Part shown: positions 23,641 through 33,289 of the stretch, piece by piece
Layout: each line of letters opens with the position of its first letter
Position numbering within the stretch: position 1 is the first letter of the stretch
Assembly: GCF_004010195.1 (NCBI RefSeq)
Contig: NC_057760.1
Location: 1,568,963-1,610,229, forward strand
DNA length: 41,267 bases
Origin: Chiloscyllium plagiosum
Lineage: Eukaryota
Direction: 5' to 3'
Notes under the pieces: generated by a model
The model's database searches: none
Told to the model about the DNA's origin: nothing
What the model saw: the letters and a program-made list of their open reading frames with translations, nothing else
Position numbers and translations under genes: made by a program

Positions 23641-24720
23641 AATTGGGCGTTACATGTTTTTGAATGTTCTCACTTTGGCAGCGAGAAGCCATTTGTGTCT
23701 GATGTGATGCCCAGCACACAGGCACAAGCATCGGGCACATCCCTGGAGGAATGTCGCCCCTGATGGGTACTGGTATCAGGCAGTCCAGGGGAGCGAGCGG
23801 GAGACACACACAAGCTGCCAAGCAACTTTCTCCGGAGAGTTAGAGTTGGCTCACGTTGGTGCAATTGTTGCATCATGTGGTGCGGGTGAGGACCTGCCAC
23901 TCCTGGGCTTTGCTGACCTGCCGTTTCCGAAAAGGGCGAAGCATTTGCACTTGGCTCTACATGTCCAGCCAGCGTAGCCATCGTTTCCAAATCCACAGGA
24001 TGGTCTCCGTTTGGCCTTTGTTCTTCGTCACACCTTCCCCGCTGAATTCCCCCCCCCCCCCCGACACACATACACACAATCAATCATTCCTCCTCTCTGG
24101 AGAATCGAGCACAGCTCTCACCAAGAACTCTGCGCCCCTGCTTGCGGTTAGTAACCACTTGCAGAACCAGCTCACCAAAACAAAAATAAAATTCTGAACC
24201 ATTGAGAAAACAGATGTGATTCCACTAGTTTATCACCTGTCCTCAGGGTGATGAGAGTGAAGGTAGATTTGAAATATTAATATATTTTAAATTATGTATA
24301 AAAGTATATTAAAAGTTATAAATGTTGCTGCCCTATGCATGTGTGTGAATGTGAAATATTATCAGCAAATATAGTAACAACTTTATTTAATTACTGATCG
24401 GAAATTGAACCTTTTATACGATACACAAGGTTTTGAAATCTTGAATCTTTTCAGATATATCTGTTTGATTGTCTGCTGTAGACTGCTGCCTCTTTTTAAT
24501 GCTCTTTCTCTTTCTCTCTTTCTCCTTCCCTCTCCAACTCCTTTCCCCCCGCCCTCCCCCTCTCCCTGGAGGCATGCAGTTTGCCCAGTGTGCACTTTCC
24601 CGGTTCCAAACCAATGCAAGTGGCGGACGACGGCTCCCGGTCACTGCTCACCCAATGGTGAACCAGGACTGCGGGGCGTTGGTCCGCCCGCGTTTACCGG
24701 ACACTGTGACATCATTTTAA

Positions 24721-24980
24721 TGGTGGGGGGGACTGTTGGTCAGGGCCACACACCCCTCAGCCTGACAAAGAAATGTCAAAAAGCACTTTTTGTTTTCTTA
24801 TGGAGCTCGGGGGAGTTTGGTAATGTTCCCAGTATCTAATCCCATGTTCTTGGTGGGGGGGACTGTTGGTCAGGGCCACACACCCCTCAGCCTGACAAAG
24901 AAATGTCAAAAAGCACTTTTTGTTTTCTTATGGAGCTCGGGGAGGTTTGGTAATGTTCCCAGTATCTAATCCCATGTTCT
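24721..24980 (+). repeat. 130-bp direct tandem duplication
   Basis: 24721-24850 and 24851-24980 are identical except gggagtttgg versus ggaggtttgg. Confidence 0.95.
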
Positions 24981-24989
24981 CCCTGGGAT

Positions 24990-25165
24990 AGGGGGGACAG
25001 TGTAGAGGGAGCTTTACTCTGTATCTAACCCGGTGCTGTCCCTGTCCCTGGGATGGAGGCACAGTGTAGAGGGAGCTTTACTCTGTACCTAACCCAGTGT
25101 TGTCCCTGTCCTGAGAGTGTTTGATGAGGGGGACAGTGTAGAGGGAGCTTTCCCCTGTCCCTGAC
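24990..25165 (+). repeat. About three copies of a 65-70 bp satellite (gggacagtgtagagggagctttactctgtatctaacc...)
   Basis: acagtgtagagggagcttt recurs at ~24997, 25061 and 25133. Confidence 0.85.
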
Positions 25166-26461
25166 CTTGTGCCCTGTTTCCCCCCCTTGCTTTCTGACCC
25201 TGGATGGAGAATTGCATCCCGGTCGAGGAGGGCAAAGGTTCGTTTTAAAAACGCCGGGTCTTGGGTGCGGGGTCCATGCTGGGGGTGGGGGGGGGGGGGG
25301 GGGGTGTCTCCCACACTGTCCTAAAGGAGCTGCCAGCATGGCAGGTGTGGGTGACTGTGCTGAGAGGCACGGCAGGGGCAGACTCGGTGGCTGAATTTGG
25401 CTGGACCCCTGGACAATACCCCCTTCCCTCCTCCCCGGGGTTGGGGTGGGTGATACTGCTGGGAATGGAATGTATGCGCGGTGAGTGGTAGTGGGCTTGC
25501 AAATGCTGGAAATTATTTGAGGTTTTCTGTAAAGAGGTACCTCCCACTGAGGGTAGTAGGAGGCTGGTGCCCTTGACGATGTTGAACTTGACCATTGGAG
25601 CATAGCTCCGACTCTTGCACTTGCTGCACTGTCAGTCTTTCTGTTCGGTGTTTAGACCATAGCCTAGTTGCACTTTAACCTCTAATACGTGTGTCCCCCC
25701 CCCAACCCCTTTTAGCTTAATTTTACCTCTCCAGCCTGTGGACCTGATTTTTGGAGGGGATTCCTTTGTGCACCTTATTGAGTTTTGTTCATTTGTTTGT
25801 TTGATGTATAGCTTCCCCCCCCCCAACCCCCACCTCCACCCGGGTTTCTGCCCAGCAACCCGGCTTTGCAGGCTGTACCACACCGGGGTCCAGATCCCCG
25901 TGGTCTTGTGGCACAGGACATTCCTCGCAAGTTTTTGACCCTTCCAAGAGAGATTTGATTTGACATCAAGAATTTTTATTAGGTTGCAGGATGAGATTTT
26001 GGCGTTTTTGACATTAAGAATGCACTTGTTATCATGCAAGATGATTTTAATTTTTTTTGTGTGTGCGCGTGCGTTCCTGTGCTGGCTGTAAATACTGATT
26101 TCTTTTTAAAACGATAAAGAATGTGCCTTAATGATGGTGGCCTGTTTATCACTGATGGGTAGTGGAAATAAATTTTGATCTCTCAGCCGCTTTTCACGAG
26201 TGTCTCTCAGTTTATCAGCTCGGTTGTGATTCATTCCAGATCATTAAATGTTTTATTTTAATTTCTTCGGCGGGGTGCGGTGGAGAGAAAGTGGGAGCCC
26301 TTGTCTCCCGCAGAGTAAATTGTTGCACCCCTCCCAAGATACGGCATTCTTGAAGTTTTGTCCTGATTGCGTGCAACTTTAATTTCTCTCTCTACCCCCC
26401 CCCACTCTCTGTGTCACAACAAGAACAAGTTCTCAACCAGTCAATGACGATCAAATATTAT

Positions 26462-26467
26462 TTTATT
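26462..26467 (-). promoter_or_regulatory. Candidate DCST2 poly(A) signal AATAAA
   Basis: TTTATT on + at 26462-26467, about 490 nt downstream of the DCST2 stop on the minus strand. Confidence 0.55.
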
Positions 26468-26602
26468 CAGATGGAGGCATTTATAGTGGCGCGGTCTGAC
26501 ATTGCCGCTCCCCTGTTCCAGCTGCTCCACTGCCATCACCCTATTGGACCATAGGGAATAAGGGGTGATGGAGTGCAGTTATTTCCCTTGGACCTGTATT
26601 TG

Positions 26603-26945
26603 TCTGCTGTGTATAACTTAGGTAACCGTGACTCCCTCCCTTCCCCCACATCCCCCACTGATATCTGCTGTGTATAACTTAGGTAAACGTGACTCCCTCC
26701 CTTCCCCACCCCGACAATATCTGCTGTGTATAACTTAGGTAAACGTGACTCCCTCCCTTCCCCACCCCGACAATATCTGCTGTGTATAACTTAGGTAAAC
26801 GTGACTCCCTCCCTTCCCCACCCCGACAACATCTGCTGTGTATAACTTAGGTAAACGTGACTCCCTCCCTCCCTTCCCCACCCCGACAATATCTGCTGTG
26901 TATAACTTAGGTAAACGTGACTCCCTCCCTTCCCCCCTCCCCCCG
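26603..26945. repeat. 56-60 bp minisatellite, 6 copies, in the DCST2 3' UTR
   Basis: tctgctgtgtataacttaggtaaacgtgactccctcccttcccc starts at ~26603, 26664, 26720, 26777, 26833 and 26893. Confidence 0.95.
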
Positions 26946-26951
26946 TCAGCC

Positions 26952-27288
26952 CTATTTGAGTTTGGGCAGGACCAGTTTCCAGTCCTCGTCCATGTGGGTG
27001 TAGGTCAGGGGCGTTTGCGCCTGAGCAGTGACAGCGGTGCCACTGCTGCTGGGCGTGTCCACGCGCACGTCCCTCAGGGAGCCAGCCTCACTGCCGCTGT
27101 CACTGCCACTGAGGGAGGGCGTATCCTGCCGCTGGCCCCCCCGCCGCTCTGCCCGCTCCAGGTCGGCCACCGTGACCAGGTCCCGGCTGCTCCTCTTGGT
27201 GATGAACTCGCTGGGGTCGTACGGCTCCTCCGGGCTCGTCTCCTCCTCCGGCGATTTCTCCTGGTACCCGAAATCCGGCTCGCTCTCG
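26952..27288 (-). CDS. DCST2: DCST2 last coding exon (acidic/Ser-rich tail)
   Basis: Pyrimidine-rich acceptor ...ccccggcccggcAG|C GAG AGC GAG CCG; AG+C=Ser joins in frame; ESEPDFGYQEKSPEEE...DEDWKLVLPKLK* (TAG at 26952-26954); GC/CpG-rich coding-like composition. Confidence 0.8.
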
Positions 27289-27434
27289 CTGCCGGGCCGG
27301 GGTGGGAGTGGGTGCAAGGGGAGGTGGGAGCAGGGAAAGTAGGGGCGGGCGGAAAAGAAATGTTGAGAGATGAACCGTTTCCATAAGTGAAGTTCACAAG
27401 GGTTTCTGAGCCATGTTCAGCGACCACTCGCGCA

Positions 27435-28415
27435 TGTTACACAGGAACTGGAGGCCATTCAGCCCCCCCTACCTGAGCCTGTTACACAGGAACTGGAGGC
27501 CATTCAGCCCCCCCTACCTGAGCCTGTTACACAGGAACAGGAGGCCATTTAGCACACCCTCCTCCAACCTGTTACACACAGGAACAGGAGGCCATTCAGC
27601 CCCCTCCTCCAGCCTGTTACACAGGAACAGGAGGCCATTTAGCACACCCTCCTCCAACCTGTTGCACAGGAACAGGAGGCCATTCAGCCCCCTTCTCCAA
27701 CCTGTTAGACAGGAATGGGAGGCCATTCAGCCCCCTCCTCCAACCTGTTAGACAGGAATGGGAGGCCATTCAGCCCCCTCCTCCAGCCTGTTACACAGGA
27801 ATGGGAGGCCATTCAGCCCCCCCTCCTCCAGCCTGTTACACAGGAATGGGAGGCCATTCAGCCCCCTTCTCCAACCTGTTAGACAGGAATGGGAGGCCAT
27901 TCAGCCCCCTTCTCCAGCCTTTTACACAGGAATGGGAGGCCATTCAGCCCCCTTCTCCAACCTGTTAGACAGGAATGGGAGGCCATTCAGCCCCCTTCTC
28001 CAACCTGTTAGACAGGAATGGGAGGCCATTCAGCCCCCTTCTCCAGCCTGTTACACAGGAATGGGAGGCCATTCAGCCCCTTCTCCAACCTGTTAGACAG
28101 GAATGGGAGGCCATTCAGCCCCCTTCTCCAACCTGTTAGACAGGAATGGGAGGCCATTCAGCCCCTTCTCCAACCTGTTAGACAGGAATGGGAGGCCATT
28201 CAGCCCCCTTCTCCAGCCTGTTATACAGGAATGGGAGGCCATTCAGCCCCTTCTCCAACCTGTTAGACAGGAATGGGAGGCCATTCAGCCCCCTTCTCCA
28301 GCCTGTTAGACAGGAATGGGAGGCCATTCAGCCCCCTTCTCCAGCCTGTTACACAGGAATGGGAGGCCATTCAGCCCCTTCTCCAGCCTGTTACACAGAA
28401 GGAGGCCCATTTAGC
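27435..28415. repeat. About 43-bp minisatellite, 22-23 copies, in the last DCST2 intron
   Basis: Unit cctgttacacaggaatgggaggccattcagcccccttctcca(a/g); gaggccatt counted 22 times plus one degenerate copy. Confidence 0.95.
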
Positions 28416-29249
28416 CATCTTGTTGAGCCTGTTCAACAGTAACTCAATCTTTTTGATCTTTTCCTTCCATTCGATCAGAGAACATTTTTTTTCATTGGTT
28501 CCTTATTCCTCAGTTCCCTTAACCCAATTAAAAATGCCTCCATCTCGGTTGTGGTGTTTTTCAAGTGGTTCCAATCCTCAAGTCCATCCATAGCCAGCAG
28601 TTTTATTTTGGCGGGGTGGTCTCCCAAATGACACAGTCTGAATTGAAATGTTCTGACCATGAATGGGATCGCATTAGTAAATCGGACATTTGCAAATCAG
28701 GGACACCCTGCATTGGTTTTCCAAATTACTTGCCGTAGCCATGCACCAATCTTTCGTGATTAATGCACTAGGATGCCCAGATCTCTCTGCACCTCGGAGC
28801 TCTCACCATTTTAATAGTATGCTTTGTCGCTATCCTCCTTGCCAAAATGGACACTCCCATGTTTTCTTACATTGTGCTCCATTATTCCGCTTACCCGACC
28901 TATCCCTTTCACAGAGTCGCACAGCATGGAAACAGACCCTATGGCCCAACCAGTCCGTGCCGAGTGGGATGCTCTTCGGAGGGTCGGTGTGCACTCAATG
29001 GGCCAAATGGCCTGCTTCCACACCAGGGATTCTATGACCAAGCGGAGGGGCTTGTCAGCTCCTGTGCCACCCTGTTGCTTGATGAGGCAGCCAATGCTAC
29101 AGCGCACGGACGACCTGTACTCTGTCTGAAACTGTTAAATTCTGAGCGGGTCGAAGGGGGAGTAGAAATCCGAGGCCCTTCACCCCAGGCCCCCATCCCA
29201 ATGGCTTTATTTTGAGAGGTGGGGGGGGGGGGGAAGGGTGAATCAGTTT

Positions 29250-29700
29250 ATAGAGTCTCGCAGCACGCAAACAGACACTTCAACCAGTCCGTGCTGACTA
29301 TAATCCCAAACTAATCTAGTCCCACCTGCCTGCGCCTGTCCCATATCCCTCCAAACATTTCCTGTTCATATGCTTATCCAAATGTCTTTTTAAACATAAC
29401 TTGATACCTCTTCCTCTGGAAGTTCTTTCCACACACTAACCACTTTGTATAATTTTTTAAATTGCTTGAGTCTTTAAACCTTTCTCCTCTCAGCTTAAAT
29501 ATATGCCCCCCCTCATCTTGAAATCCCCCACTCTAGGGAAAAGACACCTGCCATTATGTATGCCCCTTGTGATTTTATAAACATCAATACCTGCGCTGCA
29601 GTGAAAAGAAAAGAATCCCAACCACTCCTTCGAAGCCAAACCCCTCCGCTGATAGCAACATGCCGGTAAATCTCTTCTGAACTCTCTCCAGCTTAATAAT
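29250..29700 (-). mobile_element. CR1/HER1-type LINE 3' fragment
   Basis: Same tail and body as 1215-1492 and 16750-17180. Confidence 0.8.
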
Positions 29701-29710
29701 TAGCTGACCT

Positions 29711-30155
29711 GGGTTGTATGTTTGCTCGCTGAGCTGGTAGATGTGCTCTCAGATGTTTTGTCACCATGCTGGGTAACATCATCAGTGAGCCACCAGTGAA
29801 GCGCTGGTGTTCTATCCTGCTTTCTATTTATGCATCTTAGTCTGTTGCAGTGGGTGATTTCATTTCCAGTTCTTTTTCTCAGAGGTGGGTAAACGGGGTC
29901 CAGATCGACGCATTTAATATCCGGCCTTCAAAGCGGAACTCCATCAATAAACACGTTGATTTGGACCCCATTCACCAACCTTTGGGGAAAAAGAACTGGA
30001 AATGATATAACCCACGTTAACGGACCAAGGCACATAAATAAAAAACAAGACATAACACCAGCGCCTCACCAGATGCTCACTGATGATGTTACCCAGCGTG
30101 GTGACGAAATGTCTGAGAACAAACCTATCAGCTCAGCAAACAAACTTACAACCTG
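29711..30155. mobile_element. Penelope-like element 3' ends in inverted (fold-back) arrangement, with ORF C-terminus and hammerhead motifs
   Basis: About 205-bp imperfect inverted arms. 29928-30005 encodes SKRNSINKHVDLDPIHQPL, resembling the NSINKHxDLDPIY end of Penelope GIY-YIG ORFs. Hammerhead-like motif at 30076-30117(+). Confidence 0.8.
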
Positions 30156-30176
30156 AGCCACAACCAGAGCGACAAA

Positions 30177-31160
30177 TAGAGTCATAGAGATGTACAGAAA
30201 CAGACCCTTCGGTCCAACTTGTCCACGCTGACCAGATATCCCAACACAATCTAGTGTCACCTGCCAGCACCCGGCCCATATCCCTCTAAACCCTTCCTAT
30301 TCATATACCCATCCAGATGCCTTTTAAATGTTGCAATTGTACCAGCCTCCACCACATCCTCTGGCAGCTCATTCCATACATGCACCACCCTCTGTGTGAA
30401 AAAGTTGCCTCTTAGGTCTCCCTGTCACCCTAAACCTATGTCCTCTAGTTCTGGACTCCCCCACCCCAGGGAAAAGACCTTGTCTATTCACCCTATCCAT
30501 GCTCCTTATAGGTTTTATAAACCTCTATAAGGTCACCCACTCAGCTTCCGACGCTCCAGAGAAAACAGGCCCAGCCTGTTCAGCCTCTCCCTATAGCTCA
30601 AATCCTCCAACCCTTGTAAATCTTTTCTGAACCCTTACAAGTTTCACAACTTCCTTCCTATAGCAGGGAGACCAGAATTGCACATAATATTCCAACAGTG
30701 GTCTAACCAATGTCCTGTACAGCTGCAACATGACCTCCCAACACCTGTACTCAACGCTCTGACCAATAAAGGAAAGCATACCAAACACCGCCTTCATTAT
30801 CCTATCTACCTGCGACTCCACTTTCAAGGAGCTATGAATCAGCACTCCAAGGTCTCTTTGTTCAGCAACACTCTCTAGGACCTTACCATTAAGTGTATAA
30901 GTCCTGCTAAGATTTGCTTTCCCAAAATGCAGCACCTCGCATTTATCTGAATTAAACTCCATCTGCCACTTCTCAGCCCATTGGCCCATCTGGTCCAGAT
31001 CCTGTTGTAATCTGAGGTAATCTTTGCTGTCCACCACACCTCCGATTTTGATGTCATCTGCAAATGTACCAACTGTACCTCTTATGCTCACATCCGAATG
31101 GACTTGCACTAGAAGGTCTCTTTGTTCAGCAACACTCCCTAGGACCTTGCCATTAAGTAT
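30177..31160 (-). mobile_element. CR1/HER1-type LINE, ~1 kb 3' fragment with RT C-terminus
   Basis: FADDIKIGGVVDS...LQQDLDQMGQWAEKWQMEFNSDKCEVLHFG...LYRTLVRPLLEY. Confidence 0.95.
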
Positions 31161-31383
31161 ATACGTCTTCAGTGCAAAAACCTCAAAAATTGCAATATCC
31201 TTCCTGTAACAAGGAAGCCAGAACTAGACACAGTTCTCTAGAGGATGCCTTCTGTTTGACCTGAACATGCCGTACCAGCTCCTAGGTGTGAGCAATGAAA
31301 GCAAGCCATCTTAACCACCCTGGCCGCACATAATGGGCTCCTCGTGCGAAAGGTTCCTCCTGACATTTCCTTGGTGCTGTTAC

Positions 31384-31644
31384 CTTTTGTCACTGCGTCG
31401 CCCGGGGACTGTGGACTCCAGGCCATCGCTGGAAGGGCCTGTGGACTCCCGTCCGAAGAGGGCAGCCTTGAGAGCGGCCTGCTTCTCCCCGGTGATGGCC
31501 AGGTCCTCGTAGAGTGCGGCCCTGATCCTCCGCTTCAGGAGGGCGCGCAGCTCCCTCCGTTCCTGCTTGGCCTTGTCCTGCCGGCTCTTCATTTTTTCCA
31601 GGGCGCTGAGCCACAGTTGCACTTTGCCAGAGTCGCTGGAGTCC
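31384..31644 (-). CDS. DCST2: DCST2 penultimate exon
   Basis: ccccatccccAG|G GAC TCC AGC GAC ... GAC AAA AG|gtaaca; phases match both neighbouring exons. DSSDSGKVQLWLSALEKMK resembles DCST2 DSSDEEGPQLWLAAA. Confidence 0.87.
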
Positions 31645-31880
31645 CTGGGGATGGGGGAGACGGGGTGGGGAGAAGAGGGTGGGGATTTAAGGTTTCGCAA
31701 GGCCACTCACTCTGAGAGGGGGAACACGTATGGCCTCTCTGCCAATAAACTTCACATCCCTCCCGCTCAACATCCCTGCGATAGTGTGACATCAGTGCAC
31801 AGCAAGATCCCTCTTCTTCCCCCCGCACCCGCCCCCTTCAAACGGGCACCAAAAGGCGAGCAGTGTCAGGCGGAGGAGGT

Positions 31881-32307
31881 GGGTGGCATGCTGGTTCAGC
31901 GGTTAGCATCGCTGCCAGGCACTTGATTCAATTCCAGCCTTGGTGATTGAGTGCAGCTTGCGCGTTCTCCCCGTGACTGCATGGGTTTCATCTGGGATCG
32001 CTGGTTTCCTCTCGCTGTCCAAAGATGTGCAGGTTAGTATGGATTGGCCATAAGAAATTATCCGTAGTGTCCTCGTATGTGCAGGTTAGGGTGGATTGGC
32101 CATGCTAAATTGTCACGTAGTGCCCAGGGATGTGCAGGTTAGGGTGGATTGGCCATGCTAAATTGTCTCATAGTGCCCCAGGGATGTGAAGGTTAGGGTG
32201 GATTGGCCGTGCTATATTGTCCCATAGTGCCCAGGGATGTGCAGATTAGACGGATTGGCCGTGGCAAATTGTCCCATAGTGTCCAGGGATGTGCAGGTTA
32301 GGGTGGG
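31881..32307 (+). mobile_element. HE1-type SINE with internal tandem expansion
   Basis: Head gggtggcatgctggttcagcggttagc, V-domain, then five full plus one partial ~53-bp units from ~32024. Confidence 0.85.
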
Positions 32308-32641
32308 TTCGCCCTGAGGTCTGTGATCCCGGACTCTTTCCAAGGCTGAGTTCTTACCGCAGCGCAAATATTGAATGTTGCTAACAAACCTGACATCGGA
32401 CTCCAAAAGAACCCAATCTTCGCAGTAAACCACAGACAGGGTCCAAAGCCTTGAGCTCCCTCCCTGACAATACAAGGGAGCCCCTGCACCACACGGGGGA
32501 CTGCTCTGTTTCTCCAAGACGGTACACAGCCATCTTCAAAAGGAGTGTTTAGGGGCCAATCACACATGCTGCCTCAGTGATAGCCGCAAGTCTAAAGGAA
32601 AACACGTCGGTGATTCGAAAAGCGACATTCATGGTACTTAC

Positions 32642-32735
32642 ACCTCCTCATCAATGTCTCCTTGGTATGCCAGTGGTCCCATGCAGATTGAACAGATGTT
32701 GTTCATGTGCTGGTAGCAGTCAGTGCAGTAGAACC
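32642..32735 (-). CDS. DCST2: DCST2 exon encoding the second half of the C-terminal Cys-rich RING-like finger
   Basis: Minus strand: ctccctctctAG|GG TTC TAC TGC ... GAG GAG GT|gtaagt; 94 nt; (G)FYCTDCYQHMNNICSICMGPLAYQGDIDEE(V), resembling recalled mammalian DCST2 [32 protein letters not shown]. Not called in the ORF track. Confidence 0.9.
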
Positions 32736-33289
32736 CTAGAGAGGGAGCAAGCATTGGTTCAAACGAGGGTCAAAGGAACTTGAACAAGAAGGGGGCGTGT
32801 TGTGTGTGTGAATGTGTGTGTTAGTGTTCTGGATTCTCTCTTACAATGGACCACACAGGAATTGGCTGTTGTGCTCAACTGCTCTCTCTCCCACTTCAGG
32901 TTTCATCTTACCGACAGAGACTTCTCTCCCTCAGGTCTGCGGTGGCACACGGAGTCACGACCCTGAGGCTCCCAATCCAGGGACTTGACGTCCACAGAAA
33001 AGGCACGCTCACAAAGCCACCCAACAAGTCAAGTTGCACACCTATCCTTCCGACACACGCCCAACGGCAGGAGAGAGACCCCGGTATGGTTGGGTCATAC
33101 CATGCCAGGGCATCATAGTGGCTCAGTGGTTAGCGCTGCTGCCTCACGGCGCCAAGGACCTGGGTTCGATTCTACCCTCGGGCAACTGCCACCTCCAAAG
33201 TTGGAGATGTAGTGGACAGCGAAGAAGCACATTAGAGAGAGCGTGGAATGCGGGGTTACAACTCAGAGAGGGTGCAGAGTAAGAAAGAG

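Larger units (their letters stand above)
22861..26200 (+). other. Putative long ZBTB7B 3' UTR; candidate poly(A) signals AATAAA at ~24185 and 26167-26172, ATTAAA at 26243-26248
   Basis: Largely transposon-free, with AU/U-rich blocks (24270-24510, 25950-26140), between the ZBTB7B stop and the convergent DCST2 3' end. The end point is not provable from sequence alone. Confidence 0.5.

Noticed and set aside
26603..26945. CRISPR-like array
   Set aside because: Sequence between the conserved cores is itself repeated; it is a simple minisatellite.
27435..28415. CRISPR-like array or repeat-protein ORFs
   Set aside because: Head-to-tail units without unique spacers, no cas genes, vertebrate intron context; the ORFs are by-products of the repeat.
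30591..31109. Functional reverse transcriptase gene (also 33248-34267, 37501-38019)
   Set aside because: 5'-truncated, frameshifted CR1 fragments with no endonuclease or complete RT.
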